NCBI GenBank assembly: GCA_963827685.1
Contig: CAWHBU010000003.1
Location: forward strand, 672,001-736,000
Direction: 5' to 3'
DNA length: 64,000 bases
From: an uncultured delta proteobacterium
GTDB taxonomy: Bacteria; Desulfobacterota; BSN033; UBA1163
A program made the translations under genes and the position numbers. Below are positions 10,148-20,046 of this stretch, piece by piece (the first letter of the stretch is position 1; each line of letters starts with the position of its first letter). A model generated the notes under the pieces. That model was not told the DNA's origin and searched no databases. It worked only from the letters and a program-made list of their open reading frames with translations.

Positions 10148-11569
10148 CTATGGAATATTTTCCATGGAATCAGTTCCATATTTTATCTGGTATTCTTTGA
10201 TTTTCGTTAGGAGAGTCTTGTAGTCAATTTTGAGCATCCTGGAGGCCTTGCTCTTATTCCCAGAACTCCTTAAAAGGGCGCTCTCGATCTCTCTTTTTTC
10301 TACGAAATACACTGCCCTCTTGGTTATTTCTTTCAAGGGCATCCTCTCTGTTGTCTCTTCAGGTACAACAAATTGAGAAGTAGCAGATGGGCCATTGTCA
10401 AAGATGAGGTGAGAAGGCTCAACCAGGTTTTCTGCAAGCAGAACGGCCCGTCTGATAACGTTTTTTAGCTCCCTGACATTGCCCGGCCAGAAATGATTGA
10501 CGAGCATTGCCAATGATTCTTTTGATAGGCCTTTGATGTCCTTCTGGAGATCCATGTTTCCTTCTTTAATGAATTCCGCCACTAAAAATGGGATGTCTTC
10601 TTTCCTTTTCCTTAAAGGGGGAAGTTCGATTTTGAATTCATTCAATCGGTAGTAGAGGTCAGGCCGGAATGCTTTTCCCTCCACCAACTGTAACAAGGGG
10701 ACGTTGCTGGCAATGATGATCCTAACGTCGATAGGAAAAGCGTGTTTACCTCCCAGTTTTTGGATCTTTCGCTCCTGGATCATTCGAAGAAGTTTGTTTT
10801 GAACGTGGTAAGGAAGATTACCGATCTCGTCTAAGAAGATCGTCCCTTTGTTGGCAAGTTCGAATTGCCCTTTCTTCTCTTTATCGGCTCCGGTGAAGGC
10901 TCCTTTTTCATACCCGAAGAGTTCACTCTCGATCAACGTATCAGGAATGGCACCACAATCCACCGCTATAAATGGGCCATTCCTCCTTAAACTTGCCCTG
11001 TGGACAGCATTGGCAACGATCTCCTTTCCCGTTCCGCTTTCGCCTTCGATTAAGACTGTGAAATTGGTTGAGGCTACTTTGTTAATCCTCTCGGATACCT
11101 TTCTGATCTCCTGGCTCGTGCCCATGATCAGCTCCAAATCGAGCTCTTTTCCTAATTCGGTCTTCAGTTGGAGGACTTCTTGTGATAATTTCTGATTCTC
11201 AAGGGCTCTCCTAAACGTGAGACGCAAACGTTCGTTTTCAAAAGGTTTAGTGAGATAATCGTAGGCACCCAATTTGATCGCCTCAACAGCAGATCCGATA
11301 TTTCCATAAGCAGTCAATATGACGACTTGAATTTCTGGTTGGGTCTCTTTGATCTTTCTTAGCAAATCCATTCCGTCCATCTCCTCTGGAATCCTGAGGT
11401 CTAATGAGACCAAATCCGGGGGCGAATTCTTTTTAAAAAAAACCATTGCCTCCTTACAATTTCCAGCTTCATATAGGGTGTGGCCATCCTTCTTTAGAAT
11501 ATCGGTTAAGAGCCACCTCATATCTTTCTCATCATCCACAATAAGAATGTTGCTCATACTATCTCCCAC
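10148..11569 (-). CDS. Sigma-54-dependent NtrC-family response regulator
   Basis: Receiver domain, GESGTGKE, GAFTGA, WPGNVREL, Fis-type HTH. Confidence 0.95.
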   Translation of the reverse strand: MGDSMSNILIVDDEKDMRWLLTDILKKDGHTLYEAGNCKEAMVFFKKNSPPDLVSLDLRIPEEMDGMDLLRKIKETQPEIQVVILTAYGNIGSAVEAIKLGAYDYLTKPFENERLRLTFRRALENQKLSQEVLQLKTELGKELDLELIMGTSQEIRKVSERINKVASTNFTVLIEGESGTGKEIVANAVHRASLRRNGPFIAVDCGAIPDTLIESELFGYEKGAFTGADKEKKGQFELANKGTIFLDEIGNLPYHVQNKLLRMIQERKIQKLGGKHAFPIDVRIIIASNVPLLQLVEGKAFRPDLYYRLNEFKIELPPLRKRKEDIPFLVAEFIKEGNMDLQKDIKGLSKESLAMLVNHFWPGNVRELKNVIRRAVLLAENLVEPSHLIFDNGPSATSQFVVPEETTERMPLKEITKRAVYFVEKREIESALLRSSGNKSKASRMLKIDYKTLLTKIKEYQIKYGTDSMENIP

Positions 11570-11573
11570 GGTC

Positions 11574-13148
11574 TTAAGAAATTGAATTGGTTGATCGGAC
11601 GGGGAGAGTGATCGTCATTGTTGTTCCTTTTCCTTCCTCGCTTTCAGGAAGAATCTGACCATGGTGGTCAGTGACGATGCGGTGGACAATATAGAGCCCC
11701 AAACCCGTTCCTTTTTGTTTGGTGGTAAAATAGGGGTTGAAAATATTTGTCATGTGTTCTTTAGGGATCCCTTTCCCTGTATCTCTTATGATGATTTCGA
11801 CCGTTTGGTCTTTGGAGCTATAATTTGTGATAATTGAGATAACACCGCCATTGCACATCGCCTGCCTTGAATTCATCAGGAGATTGAAGAAAGCGTGTTT
11901 CAACGATTCTTTATCGCAGAGAATTTCAGGAAGGTACCTGTCAAATCGTCTTAAAACTCTTATTTTGCTCTTCGAAAAATCAACCTTTAATAATCTATAA
12001 ATTTCGATTAGTATTTTATTAATATCATCCTTTCCGAATTCAAGTTGCCTGGGTTTGGCAAAGGCGAGTAGATCAGAAATGATCTTGTTCGCATTCTGAA
12101 CGTTTCGATAGATGATTCTAAAATATCTTTTCAGCCCATCCGCCTCGCCTCCTCTTTCAATGCAGCACTGTGTTGCAGACCCAATGACCGCAAGGGGGTT
12201 TCTGATCTGGTGAGCCAGGTTTGCAACAAGCTGACCTATGGCGGTCATCTTCTCGGATTGAATAATTTGCTCTTGCATCTTCTTTTCGCTCGTAATGTCA
12301 GAGGAGAGAAAGATGAAATTGATAGGCCTGTCTTTCTCATCAATAAAAGAGAAAAGGGTGATGGATAAAATTCTGTTTTTCACCGGCCTCTGGTCAACTA
12401 ATTTGCTTTCACAGCGTTTCTCAGTTAGAAAATCTCTTGCCATTTCTTCCCAGGGTTTTAATTCCTTGGGCAGATCGTCCTTAAAAAGGTTTTTCCCCCA
12501 TAGCGAACCTTTTGAGACCCCAGATAACATTTCCTGAGCTTCATTACATGCAAGGATGCGGCCTTCTTTATCGATTATCATGGCTCCAAAAGGAAGACTC
12601 TGAATGATCTTTTCAAACAGTTTTCTTGAAAGAATTCGAGATTTCATCAGGCGAAGTATTGTCTGCTCACTTTTGACAAGTTTGCGCTCAAGAAAGTCCT
12701 TTTGCTCTTCCCGCAACATATTCTTAAATCGAATGTCAGCGACGAAATCCCGTTTTTCGAACTCCCGACTTTGCTTTTCTAAAGCCCTTTTAATGACCCC
12801 ATGTAGCATGTTTTGTTCAATGGGTTTTACCAAATGATCAAAAGCTCCTGATCTAAAGGATTGAATTGCCTTCTCAATATCTTCATGACCAGAGACGGTC
12901 ACCACCTCTGTATGTGGAGAGAAATTTTTGATTTTTGAAAGAAGGGGCAGGCCGTCTATTTTGCGAAGAGACAAATTAAGAACGATCAGATTAAAGAATT
13001 CTGATTTCCACAAAAACAGGCCCTCTTGGTCAGAACCTGAAGTGAGTACTTGATAGCCGTCGGCCTTCAAGAAGCGCTCAATAACTTTGGGGATGGTCGA
13101 TTCATCGTCTATGATTAAGATCTTCGGAGGTTTATCCTTCACTGTCAT
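11574..13148 (-). CDS. Hybrid sensor histidine kinase (REC-PAS-HisKA-HATPase)
   Basis: LAHQIRNPL H-box, DTGKGI, FTTK, GTGLGL. Confidence 0.92.
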   Translation of the reverse strand: MTVKDKPPKILIIDDESTIPKVIERFLKADGYQVLTSGSDQEGLFLWKSEFFNLIVLNLSLRKIDGLPLLSKIKNFSPHTEVVTVSGHEDIEKAIQSFRSGAFDHLVKPIEQNMLHGVIKRALEKQSREFEKRDFVADIRFKNMLREEQKDFLERKLVKSEQTILRLMKSRILSRKLFEKIIQSLPFGAMIIDKEGRILACNEAQEMLSGVSKGSLWGKNLFKDDLPKELKPWEEMARDFLTEKRCESKLVDQRPVKNRILSITLFSFIDEKDRPINFIFLSSDITSEKKMQEQIIQSEKMTAIGQLVANLAHQIRNPLAVIGSATQCCIERGGEADGLKRYFRIIYRNVQNANKIISDLLAFAKPRQLEFGKDDINKILIEIYRLLKVDFSKSKIRVLRRFDRYLPEILCDKESLKHAFFNLLMNSRQAMCNGGVISIITNYSSKDQTVEIIIRDTGKGIPKEHMTNIFNPYFTTKQKGTGLGLYIVHRIVTDHHGQILPESEEGKGTTMTITLPVRSTNSIS

Positions 13149-13557
13149 TGTATTCCTTAAAAATTTCTAGGCAGTTCTTCGATTCGGAGTCTCCTCCGGA
13201 CATCATTTGAATCCCTGAGATGATTTCAACAATGTCAAAGGGCTTTGTAATATAATAGGCTGCGCCTAATTCGTATCCTTTTAACATGTCAGAATCTTCA
13301 TCCTTGACAGTGAGAATAATTACAGGGATATCCTTTGTTTTCGGATTCTCCCTAACCTTTCTTAAGAACTGCCACCCATTCATATTAGGCATCATGATAT
13401 CACAAATGATTAAATTGAAATCTTCTTGGCCTAATCGCTCCAACGCCTGTATACCATCGATCGCCTCTTTCACTTCGTATCCCCATTTGGGCAGCTGAAT
13501 ACTTATGAACCTCCGGATAATGTCTTCGTCATCCACGACCAATATCTTTTTGCTCAT
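13132..13557 (-). CDS. Single-domain response regulator
   Basis: ILVVDDE, LIICDIMMP, KPF. Confidence 0.9.
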   Translation of the reverse strand: MSKKILVVDDEDIIRRFISIQLPKWGYEVKEAIDGIQALERLGQEDFNLIICDIMMPNMNGWQFLRKVRENPKTKDIPVIILTVKDEDSDMLKGYELGAAYYITKPFDIVEIISGIQMMSGGDSESKNCLEIFKEYNDSEG

Positions 13558-14277
13558 CGTTTCTTCCCCCGTTGTGCAAACCTTCGCTCTTTGGTTTCAA
13601 ACCCTCTTTCATTTGAAAAGCTGAATTCCCCAATCGTCAAGCCCATTCTGCAAGAAACAGACCAAAATAGTGGCTCAAGAAATTCAAACCAAAGAGACAC
13701 GAATTCTCAAATCCAAAATAAATTAAATTTGGTAAGACATTTCAGGGTGTTAATACTTTTTAATGATTCATACTAATTTTTACTGAAATGATATCCATGT
13801 TTATCATTTTGTATCTAATTTTACTTATTTTATCCGGATTTGATCATTTTAACCCTTCTTTGCACGTTTTTGTCAGTATGTCATCCCGTCTTTTTCCACT
13901 TCTTTGGGCCCAATAAGTTGTTTTTCTTCACCTCTTTACATATGTCTTTTCAAGTTATGGGTGCGATCTGGGCCAGATGGAAAGCTAAATCAAGATGGTT
14001 AGAAACAATCTCATAGGTAGGAACCTTCCCAGATAACCAAGGCAAACCGGCTACTCCCAAGCAACCCAACAAAGCACTTACGGATATTACGAGGGAATTC
14101 CCAAGCCCATTCTAGACCTGACTGAGTCAGCGAAATCTTTTAAAGAAAGGACGGTAAATTAAAACCGCGAGAAGAAATTTGGAGAATTAAGCTGGCATGA
14201 GGGTATTGTCAGCCTTAAAAAGGATGCAGATATGGAAAGAAGGCTTAAAAAGAGGCAGGCTTTAGGGCACCAAGCTT

Positions 14278-14493
14278 TCACCTTTTTTTAGTCCCAATCA
14301 AAAACCTGTGCAATTCCGACCGTAGGACTCTCCAACTATGGCCAATTTTGACAGCATTAATCTTTCCGAGACGTATACACTTTAAGTAAGTAGGTTTTGA
14401 AATCTTTAAATATTTGGCTGCTTCATTGGTGGTTAAAACCTCATCATTTTCCATTGGAACCATTAATTGCGGACTTTTTATTCTTTTTTTCAT
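14278..14493 (-). CDS. Excisionase-like HTH_17 DNA-binding protein
   Basis: VLTTNEAAKYLKISKPT...GKINAVKIGHSWRV. Confidence 0.85.
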   Translation of the reverse strand: MKKRIKSPQLMVPMENDEVLTTNEAAKYLKISKPTYLKCIRLGKINAVKIGHSWRVLRSELHRFLIGTKKR

Positions 14494-14510
14494 AATTATG
14501 ATAACTTATA

Positions 14511-14526
14511 AGCAAAACGCATGCCA
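14511..14526 (-). promoter_or_regulatory. Putative sigma-54 promoter
   Basis: TGGCAT-GCGTT-TTGCT just upstream of the HTH_17 gene. Confidence 0.6.
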
Positions 14527-14527
14527 A

Positions 14528-15493
14528 TGTCAAGGAAAAAAGTGGGGTGTGGGGTGTATTTAGTGCATAGTCTGACAAGCTTGCCTTAGGTTTAGGGGGA
14601 TCGGCTGCTTAAAATAGACCTCATAAGAGGTTCGGTTTCCCAAGGAGGTATGCAACCTTTCCCTGTTATAAAACAGAAAATAGCTCGTTAGGCCATTACG
14701 GGCTTCCGAAACCATCGTATAATCACGAAGGTAAACTTCTTCATACTTGACCGTTCGCCAGAGCCGTTCTATGAAGATGTTATCGTAAACCCGGGCGCGG
14801 CCCCGTCCATACTGATCCTGATCCGTGCATCTTGAAGGGGCTGGGTGAATTCCAAACTGGTGAATTGAGCCCTCTGATCCGTATTGAAGATCTCCGGTTT
14901 GGAGACCCCTAGAGCTTTTCCCAGTGCCTGGACACAGAAGGCCGTTTCCAGCGTTGTAGAGGTTTCCCAGGCCAGAACATAACGACTGAACCAGTCCATG
15001 ATCGCTACCAAGGAGATGAACCCATAGAGCATCCGGATGTACGTGATATCGGCACACCAGACTTGATCGGGACGGTCAATCACCAGATCCCTCAGTAAGT
15101 AAGGATACCGTTTATGCTCCTAAGAAGATTGGCTCAACCGAGGTTTGGGATAAATGGCCTCCAGCTCCACCTTCAACTGGCCAATCTGCTGATAAAGCTC
15201 CGACAGAAGCTCTTCCCGGTCCTTATCCTCCTTCCTCCGACGATCCGAAAAGAGACGGGGAAGTTCTTCAAGAAGCTGCTTTCGCTACTGACGGATCTGA
15301 TTCCCATGGACACCAAATTCACTGGAAAGCTGGGCGATGATCTTTTCCCCTTTCACGGCTTCCAGGGCTACCTTGGCCTTGAAGGCTGCCTCATGTCCTC
15401 TCCGCATGCTATGCATCGTGCCATACCTCCTTTTCGGTTATGGCAGGCTAACATGCACCTTACTCCCCTGCCCAGTTTTTGGGGAGTATTATA
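14528..15493 (-). mobile_element. Degenerate IS3-family insertion sequence
   Basis: orfA from ATG 15416 (AFKAKVALEA) has an internal TAG; integrase-core orfB (DQVWCADITYI, IFNTDQ, DNIFIERLWRTVKYE) is frameshifted and its 5' part deleted; left end TATAATACTCCCC at 15493; right end approximate. Confidence 0.85.
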
Positions 15494-15727
15494 CTTTCCC
15501 AGTAGATATCAAGCTTTCCCTACATAAAGTGTCAAGCTTCCCCGACAGACAAAATCTGAGTTTTCTGGAACTTTAAAAGGGGGTAGAGAAAGGGTTAGGG
15601 AAAGATTTTTTATGAAATGATAACTTTTTATAGTGGGAAGAGGGCCTAAAAAGACCAACGGCTGTGAAGAGAATTGTCAAATATTTTTATTTATTTTCTT
15701 ATTTGAATAGTATGTAGATAATCTGTA

Positions 15728-15904
15728 ATGAAAAAGCACGAAGTTCTGACTATAGATGAGGCAACCGCATACTTGAAGACTTCAAAACCTACCTTCCTGA
15801 AGTGCATCCATCAAGGGAAAATAAAGGCCATCAAAGTAGGAGATGGTTGGGGGGTTCGAGAATCAGAATTATACCGATTCTTAAAAGGAAAGAAACATAA
15901 ATAG
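15728..15904 (+). CDS. Excisionase-like HTH_17 protein, paralog of 14278-14493
   Basis: Not in ORF track (58 aa): MKKHEVLTIDEATAYLKTSKPTFLKCIHQGKIKAIKVGDGWGVRESELYRFLKGKKHK. Confidence 0.8.
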   Translation: MKKHEVLTIDEATAYLKTSKPTFLKCIHQGKIKAIKVGDGWGVRESELYRFLKGKKHK

Positions 15905-16089
15905 GCAGAGGGGAGATTTATTGACAAATGAATTTAAGCTACAAGCTTTTAAGACCCGTATGATCTAAAGATACCAAGGTAATCTCACGCTTACCTTGTG
16001 CCCCTCGTTTGACATGGCAGAGCACCTTTGATCACAGAATAATATCCATGTATCGTTTTTTCTTCAGCCTCCGTTTCTGCTTAATTTTA

Positions 16090-16214
16090 CCCCGTTAGAA
16101 ATAATGCCCCGCTGCTCTGCAGCGGGGATGAAAACTATTTCTTTTTCAGCGAACACGGGGTTCAAAGCCCCGTGTGAGCCCTCCCGTTAGAAAGTAGGAG
16201 ACTTTCTAACGGGG
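16090..16214. mobile_element. MITE copy 1
   Basis: Terminal inverted repeats CCCCGTTAGAAA / TTTCTAACGGGG flanked by TTTA direct repeats. Confidence 0.75.
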
Positions 16215-16304
16215 TTTACTTGGCCTTATCGGTCTCATCCCAGCTTTGGTCCTGAGACTTTATGTGGACTTTGAGCATTCCGGAGTCAAACTCCGAATTG
16301 TGAA

Positions 16305-16958
16305 CTAATCAAGGGTGGTGATGCCATGCTGGATGGCGAACTTCACCAGACCGGGGAGATCGTTGACGTTTAGCTTCTGCATGAGTCTACTGCGGTAGGT
16401 CTCAACACTTTTAGGGGAGAGGCAGAGGATGTTGGCGATCTCCTTGCTCGACTTCCCTTCAACAACCAGTTGCAGGACTTCTCGCTCTCGGAGACTGAGG
16501 CGCTCCAGCGGGTTTTTCTCCTCGACAGCCTCTCGATGCCGTACATAATCTTCTATCATGGTCTCGGTGATTTTGCGGCTCAGGTAGCGCCGACCGACGT
16601 GAACAGCCCGCACAGCAGAGACCACTTCCTTGCCGGCCGATTCCTTCAGGACGTAGCCACGCGCACCCGCTTGCAGTGCTCGGGAAATGTGTTCAGGGGT
16701 GGAGTATACAGAGAGGATGACCACTTGTGTCGAGGGACAGGCCTGGTGAATCTCCATTGTGGCCTCGATCCCATTTAGCTCTGGCATGGCGATATCCATA
16801 ATGACCACATCGGGTTTTAGTTTCTGCACCTGGGTAACTGCCTGGCGGCCATTGGCGGCATCTCCCACCACGGTGATATCGGTCTGGGCCTCCAGCATGA
16901 AGCGCAACCCATCCCGGACCACCGCATGATCATCAGCGAGAAAAACCTTTATTGCCAT
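16305..16958 (-). CDS. NarL/FixJ-family response regulator (LuxR HTH)
   Basis: LADDHAVVR, DIAMP, LSLREREVLQL...SPKSVETYRSRLMQKL. Confidence 0.95.
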   Translation of the reverse strand: MAIKVFLADDHAVVRDGLRFMLEAQTDITVVGDAANGRQAVTQVQKLKPDVVIMDIAMPELNGIEATMEIHQACPSTQVVILSVYSTPEHISRALQAGARGYVLKESAGKEVVSAVRAVHVGRRYLSRKITETMIEDYVRHREAVEEKNPLERLSLREREVLQLVVEGKSSKEIANILCLSPKSVETYRSRLMQKLNVNDLPGLVKFAIQHGITTLD

Positions 16959-17009
16959 AATTCCTTCTCAGCCCAGTACTAGATACTCGATACTGGATAC
17001 TTGATGCTG

Positions 17010-17388
17010 AACATTTTTTGCTAATGTGACCTTTTTCAACAGATTGAATGAATAGATTTAATTTTTTCCCCAAAATTTATAATTTATCATGTATTGAGTC
17101 GTAAATTTCTTTATCCACTAATGATCCAGTTTCAAAAAGAGTTTCCAAGTGATCGATGGTTTCATCATTTGAAGCAATAGCATAATTTAAGAATTTAATG
17201 AATTCTTGTTTATACCTTCGACGCCCATAACCCTTTACTATCGTTGATTTAATTGACTTAGATGACTTTCTGATTTGACTACCCTCCTCAAAGATTTCAA
17301 ACTTCGGTAGCTCTTTAAGAGTCATCTTATGAATTTCAATAACCGCTTCCCGAGCAAGTCTTCAAATTTCCAAATTCTTATAACTCAT
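17010..17388 (-). pseudogene. Four-helix-bundle protein (23S rRNA IVS protein family) with two in-frame stops
   Basis: [44 protein letters not shown]...[15 protein letters not shown]...HDKL*ILGKKLNLFIQSVE; TGA at 17362-17364, TAA at 17077-17079; 3' end approximate. Confidence 0.8.
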
Positions 17389-17494
17389 TTCCTTACCCTA
17401 ATTATTGTTTCAACAAGGCTATCATCCAGCATCAAGGATCAAGCATCGAGTATCTTTAATCAAGTATCAAGTATCCAGCATCCAGTATCTGCCT

Positions 17495-19831
17495 TTAATG
17501 GTCTCTCGGCACTTCCGCCACGATTTGCGTTCCTTTTCCTTTCGCGGTCTCCACGCTTAGGTGGCCCCCAACGCCCTGGGCACGCTCGCTCATGTTGATG
17601 AGCCCCCACCCCGGTTTCGCTTCTGCTTGGTGGTGGGCCTCGAGATCAAAACCGATACCGTCGTCAATAATGCTGAGGTGTACCGATTCGCCAAATTCCT
17701 CCAGCCTCAATTTTACGTTTTTGGCGTGGGCATACTTGGCCACGTTGGTCAACGCTTCCTGGGCAATGCGGAAAAGGGCCATTTCCGCGGGTAAGGACAG
17801 GCGCGGCTTCAAATCTTCTGCATTTAGCACTGTGGCAATACCTGTGCGCTCCGAGAATTGCTTCCCATACCAGTACAGGGCAGCGCTTATTCCGTAATCG
17901 TCCAGCACCGGCGGCCGCAATTCAGCCATGACATCCCGGATACGTTCCACCGTTTCCTCCACCAATTTCAGGGAATCATCTATTCGGGTCGCCGTCTTCG
18001 TCACTGTTCCACGGGGCAATTCACTGTGCACGATGTTCAGGTTGATGCTCAGTGCGGTCAGGTTCTGACCGACCTCATCATGGAGTTTTCGGACGAGATC
18101 ACGGCGCTCAATCTCCTGCACTTCCACCAGCCGTCGGGAGAGGTTTCGCAATCGTTCGCGGCTGGTACGCACCTGCTCAAAAAGGCCCCCCCTTTCTTTT
18201 TCGGCTTGCTTGCGCTCGGTGATGTCTTGAAAACTTGCCTCATAATATTGCACCCGACCTTCAGCATCCCGGACGGTTCGGGTGTTACCCTCTACCCAAA
18301 TGATCGATCCATCGTGGCGGCGCAATTTTTTTTGAAAATTCTTCACAACCCCTTCATGTTCAAGTAGGCTTTCCCACCGAATACGATCTTCTAAGTTTAC
18401 ATACGTATCACCAGTGTTTACCATCAATAAGGAATTGCGGTCTGGGTAACCCAACATCTGCACCAAGGCAGGGTTGACGTCCATAATCTGCCCTGTTGGG
18501 GTAGTTTGGTAGAGCCCTATGGGCACACCGTCAAACAAACTTCGATAACGAGCTTCACTCTTTTGCAGCGCTTCCTCTGCCTGCTTGCGCTCGGTGATGT
18601 CCCTCAAATATAGCACGGTCGCTATCTTCCCCTGCCACGGCATGGTGACGCTGCTAAGCTCCAAAGGCACAATCGTACCATCTTTACGAACCCCCGCCGC
18701 CTCGTAGTGCTTGGGGACAGATTCTCCTATATGCCTTCGCCTATACCAGTCTTTTAGCCGTACGGAGATTTCATGGGGGACCAAGTCCCAGGGTGATCTG
18801 CCTACCAGTTCCTCCCTCGAATAACCCGACATTGCGCAAAACTGGTCGTTCACAGAAACAAACGCTACTTCTCCTTCTCCACTATCCTGGATGATGATGA
18901 TTCCCTCACCTGCCCTCCCCGCCGCTTCAATTAAAGCCCTGTACTTTTCTTCGGACTCCCTTAGCGCCTCCTCTGCCTGCTTGCGCTCGGTGATGTCAAT
19001 TGAAATACCTTCAATGATCACCTCGGCACCTTCCGTATGCCTGCCGACGGAACGGTCATAGAGCCACCGCCAATTCCCTGAGGAATCTTTAATGCGATAT
19101 TCAACCTTTAAATCTCTTCCTGATGCAAAATCTTTTATCACTTGAGCTATGGAATGTTGGTCATCGGGGTGGATAGATTTATTCCATAACCAGGGGTTTT
19201 CGTAAAGAAAATCGGGTGAGTACCCCAGGATCGACTTCACTCGAGAAGAAACGAAAAGGGTCCCACGCTTATCCGAGAAGGACCAAACAATTGCCGGTGA
19301 ATTCTCAACAAGGCGCCGATACCTCTCTTCGCTCTCTATCAGGGCATTTTCCGCCCCCTTGTGCTCGGTGATGTCCCGTATCGTTATTAAAGCAAACGGT
19401 TTATCACCAATTTGAACAACCTTGCCAGCCGCCAACCCAACGCGTATTTCACCAGATTTTATTCGAAAACTGGCTTCAAAGCCAATGACTCTCTTCTGAT
19501 CCCGTAACATCGAAACAAACCGAGCGCGCTCACTTAGATCAGGCCACAGATTTAATTCCAACGAAGTGTGACCGAGAATCTCCTCGCGCCGGTAACCCGT
19601 GGCGTGGCAAAAACCATCATTCACTTCGACGACTCGCTCATCCGATAACCCGATCAGTGTAATCGAATCGGGACTGTTTCGAAATGCAGTTGCAAATTTC
19701 TCTTCCGACTCCCGAAGCGCCTCCTCCGTCCGCTTGCGCTTTGCCTCTTCTCTTCTCAATTTAACCACCTGCCTGCGCAAAGCTTCCAACTCTTCGATGA
19801 GTTGCTTTTTTTTCTTATATTGGTCTTTCAT
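17495..19831 (-). CDS. Multi-PAS sensor histidine kinase (HisKA_3 type)
   Basis: Four PAS/PAC repeats ending DITERK-like, LHDEVGQNL, QEALTNV, DDGIGF. Confidence 0.93.
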   Translation of the reverse strand: MKDQYKKKKQLIEELEALRRQVVKLRREEAKRKRTEEALRESEEKFATAFRNSPDSITLIGLSDERVVEVNDGFCHATGYRREEILGHTSLELNLWPDLSERARFVSMLRDQKRVIGFEASFRIKSGEIRVGLAAGKVVQIGDKPFALITIRDITEHKGAENALIESEERYRRLVENSPAIVWSFSDKRGTLFVSSRVKSILGYSPDFLYENPWLWNKSIHPDDQHSIAQVIKDFASGRDLKVEYRIKDSSGNWRWLYDRSVGRHTEGAEVIIEGISIDITERKQAEEALRESEEKYRALIEAAGRAGEGIIIIQDSGEGEVAFVSVNDQFCAMSGYSREELVGRSPWDLVPHEISVRLKDWYRRRHIGESVPKHYEAAGVRKDGTIVPLELSSVTMPWQGKIATVLYLRDITERKQAEEALQKSEARYRSLFDGVPIGLYQTTPTGQIMDVNPALVQMLGYPDRNSLLMVNTGDTYVNLEDRIRWESLLEHEGVVKNFQKKLRRHDGSIIWVEGNTRTVRDAEGRVQYYEASFQDITERKQAEKERGGLFEQVRTSRERLRNLSRRLVEVQEIERRDLVRKLHDEVGQNLTALSINLNIVHSELPRGTVTKTATRIDDSLKLVEETVERIRDVMAELRPPVLDDYGISAALYWYGKQFSERTGIATVLNAEDLKPRLSLPAEMALFRIAQEALTNVAKYAHAKNVKLRLEEFGESVHLSIIDDGIGFDLEAHHQAEAKPGWGLINMSERAQGVGGHLSVETAKGKGTQIVAEVPRDH

Positions 19832-19910
19832 AATTCGGTTTACTCCTCACCACAAATAAAATTAGGAACCCTCCAATAATCCGATTGGACTCATGTCCCG
19901 CTTGGACAAT

Positions 19911-19956
19911 AAAAAAGCTCTCCTAGTCCAAGATCTCCTTGAAACTAAGAGAGCCC
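19911..19956 (-). terminator. Intrinsic terminator in the leader of the PAS kinase
   Basis: Minus strand GCTCTCTTAGT...ACTAGGAGAGC followed by TTTTTT. Confidence 0.7.
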
Positions 19957-19961
19957 AATTT

Positions 19962-20030
19962 TATTGGACGATCAGGGCTTACCATTACCTTTCCCCCACC
20001 GTTAAAGGATGAATGGCCTCTACTCCAATA
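19962..20030 (-). ncRNA. Candidate cis-regulatory RNA (riboswitch-like aptamer)
   Basis: P1 UAUUGGA/UCCAAUA encloses GGC/GCC, CCAUU/AAUGG and CCUUU/AAAGG stems; lies between a promoter and a terminator. Confidence 0.5.
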
Positions 20031-20046
20031 TCACCTCTCGTTGAGA

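Noticed and set aside
14035-14110. GGCAAACC as a c-di-GMP-I riboswitch
   Set aside because: The GNRA-capped stem and downstream GCAAAG elements are missing.
17362-17364. In-frame TGA as selenocysteine or recoded Trp
   Set aside because: The same gene also has an in-frame TAA, and many intact genes here end in TGA; pseudogene is simpler.
17010-17388. Avd-like gene as part of a diversity-generating retroelement
   Set aside because: No reverse transcriptase and no template/variable repeat pair in the window.
18200-19380. Repeated CGCTCGGTGATGTC DNA motif
   Set aside because: It encodes the recurring DITE(R/H)K ends of PAS/PAC domains.
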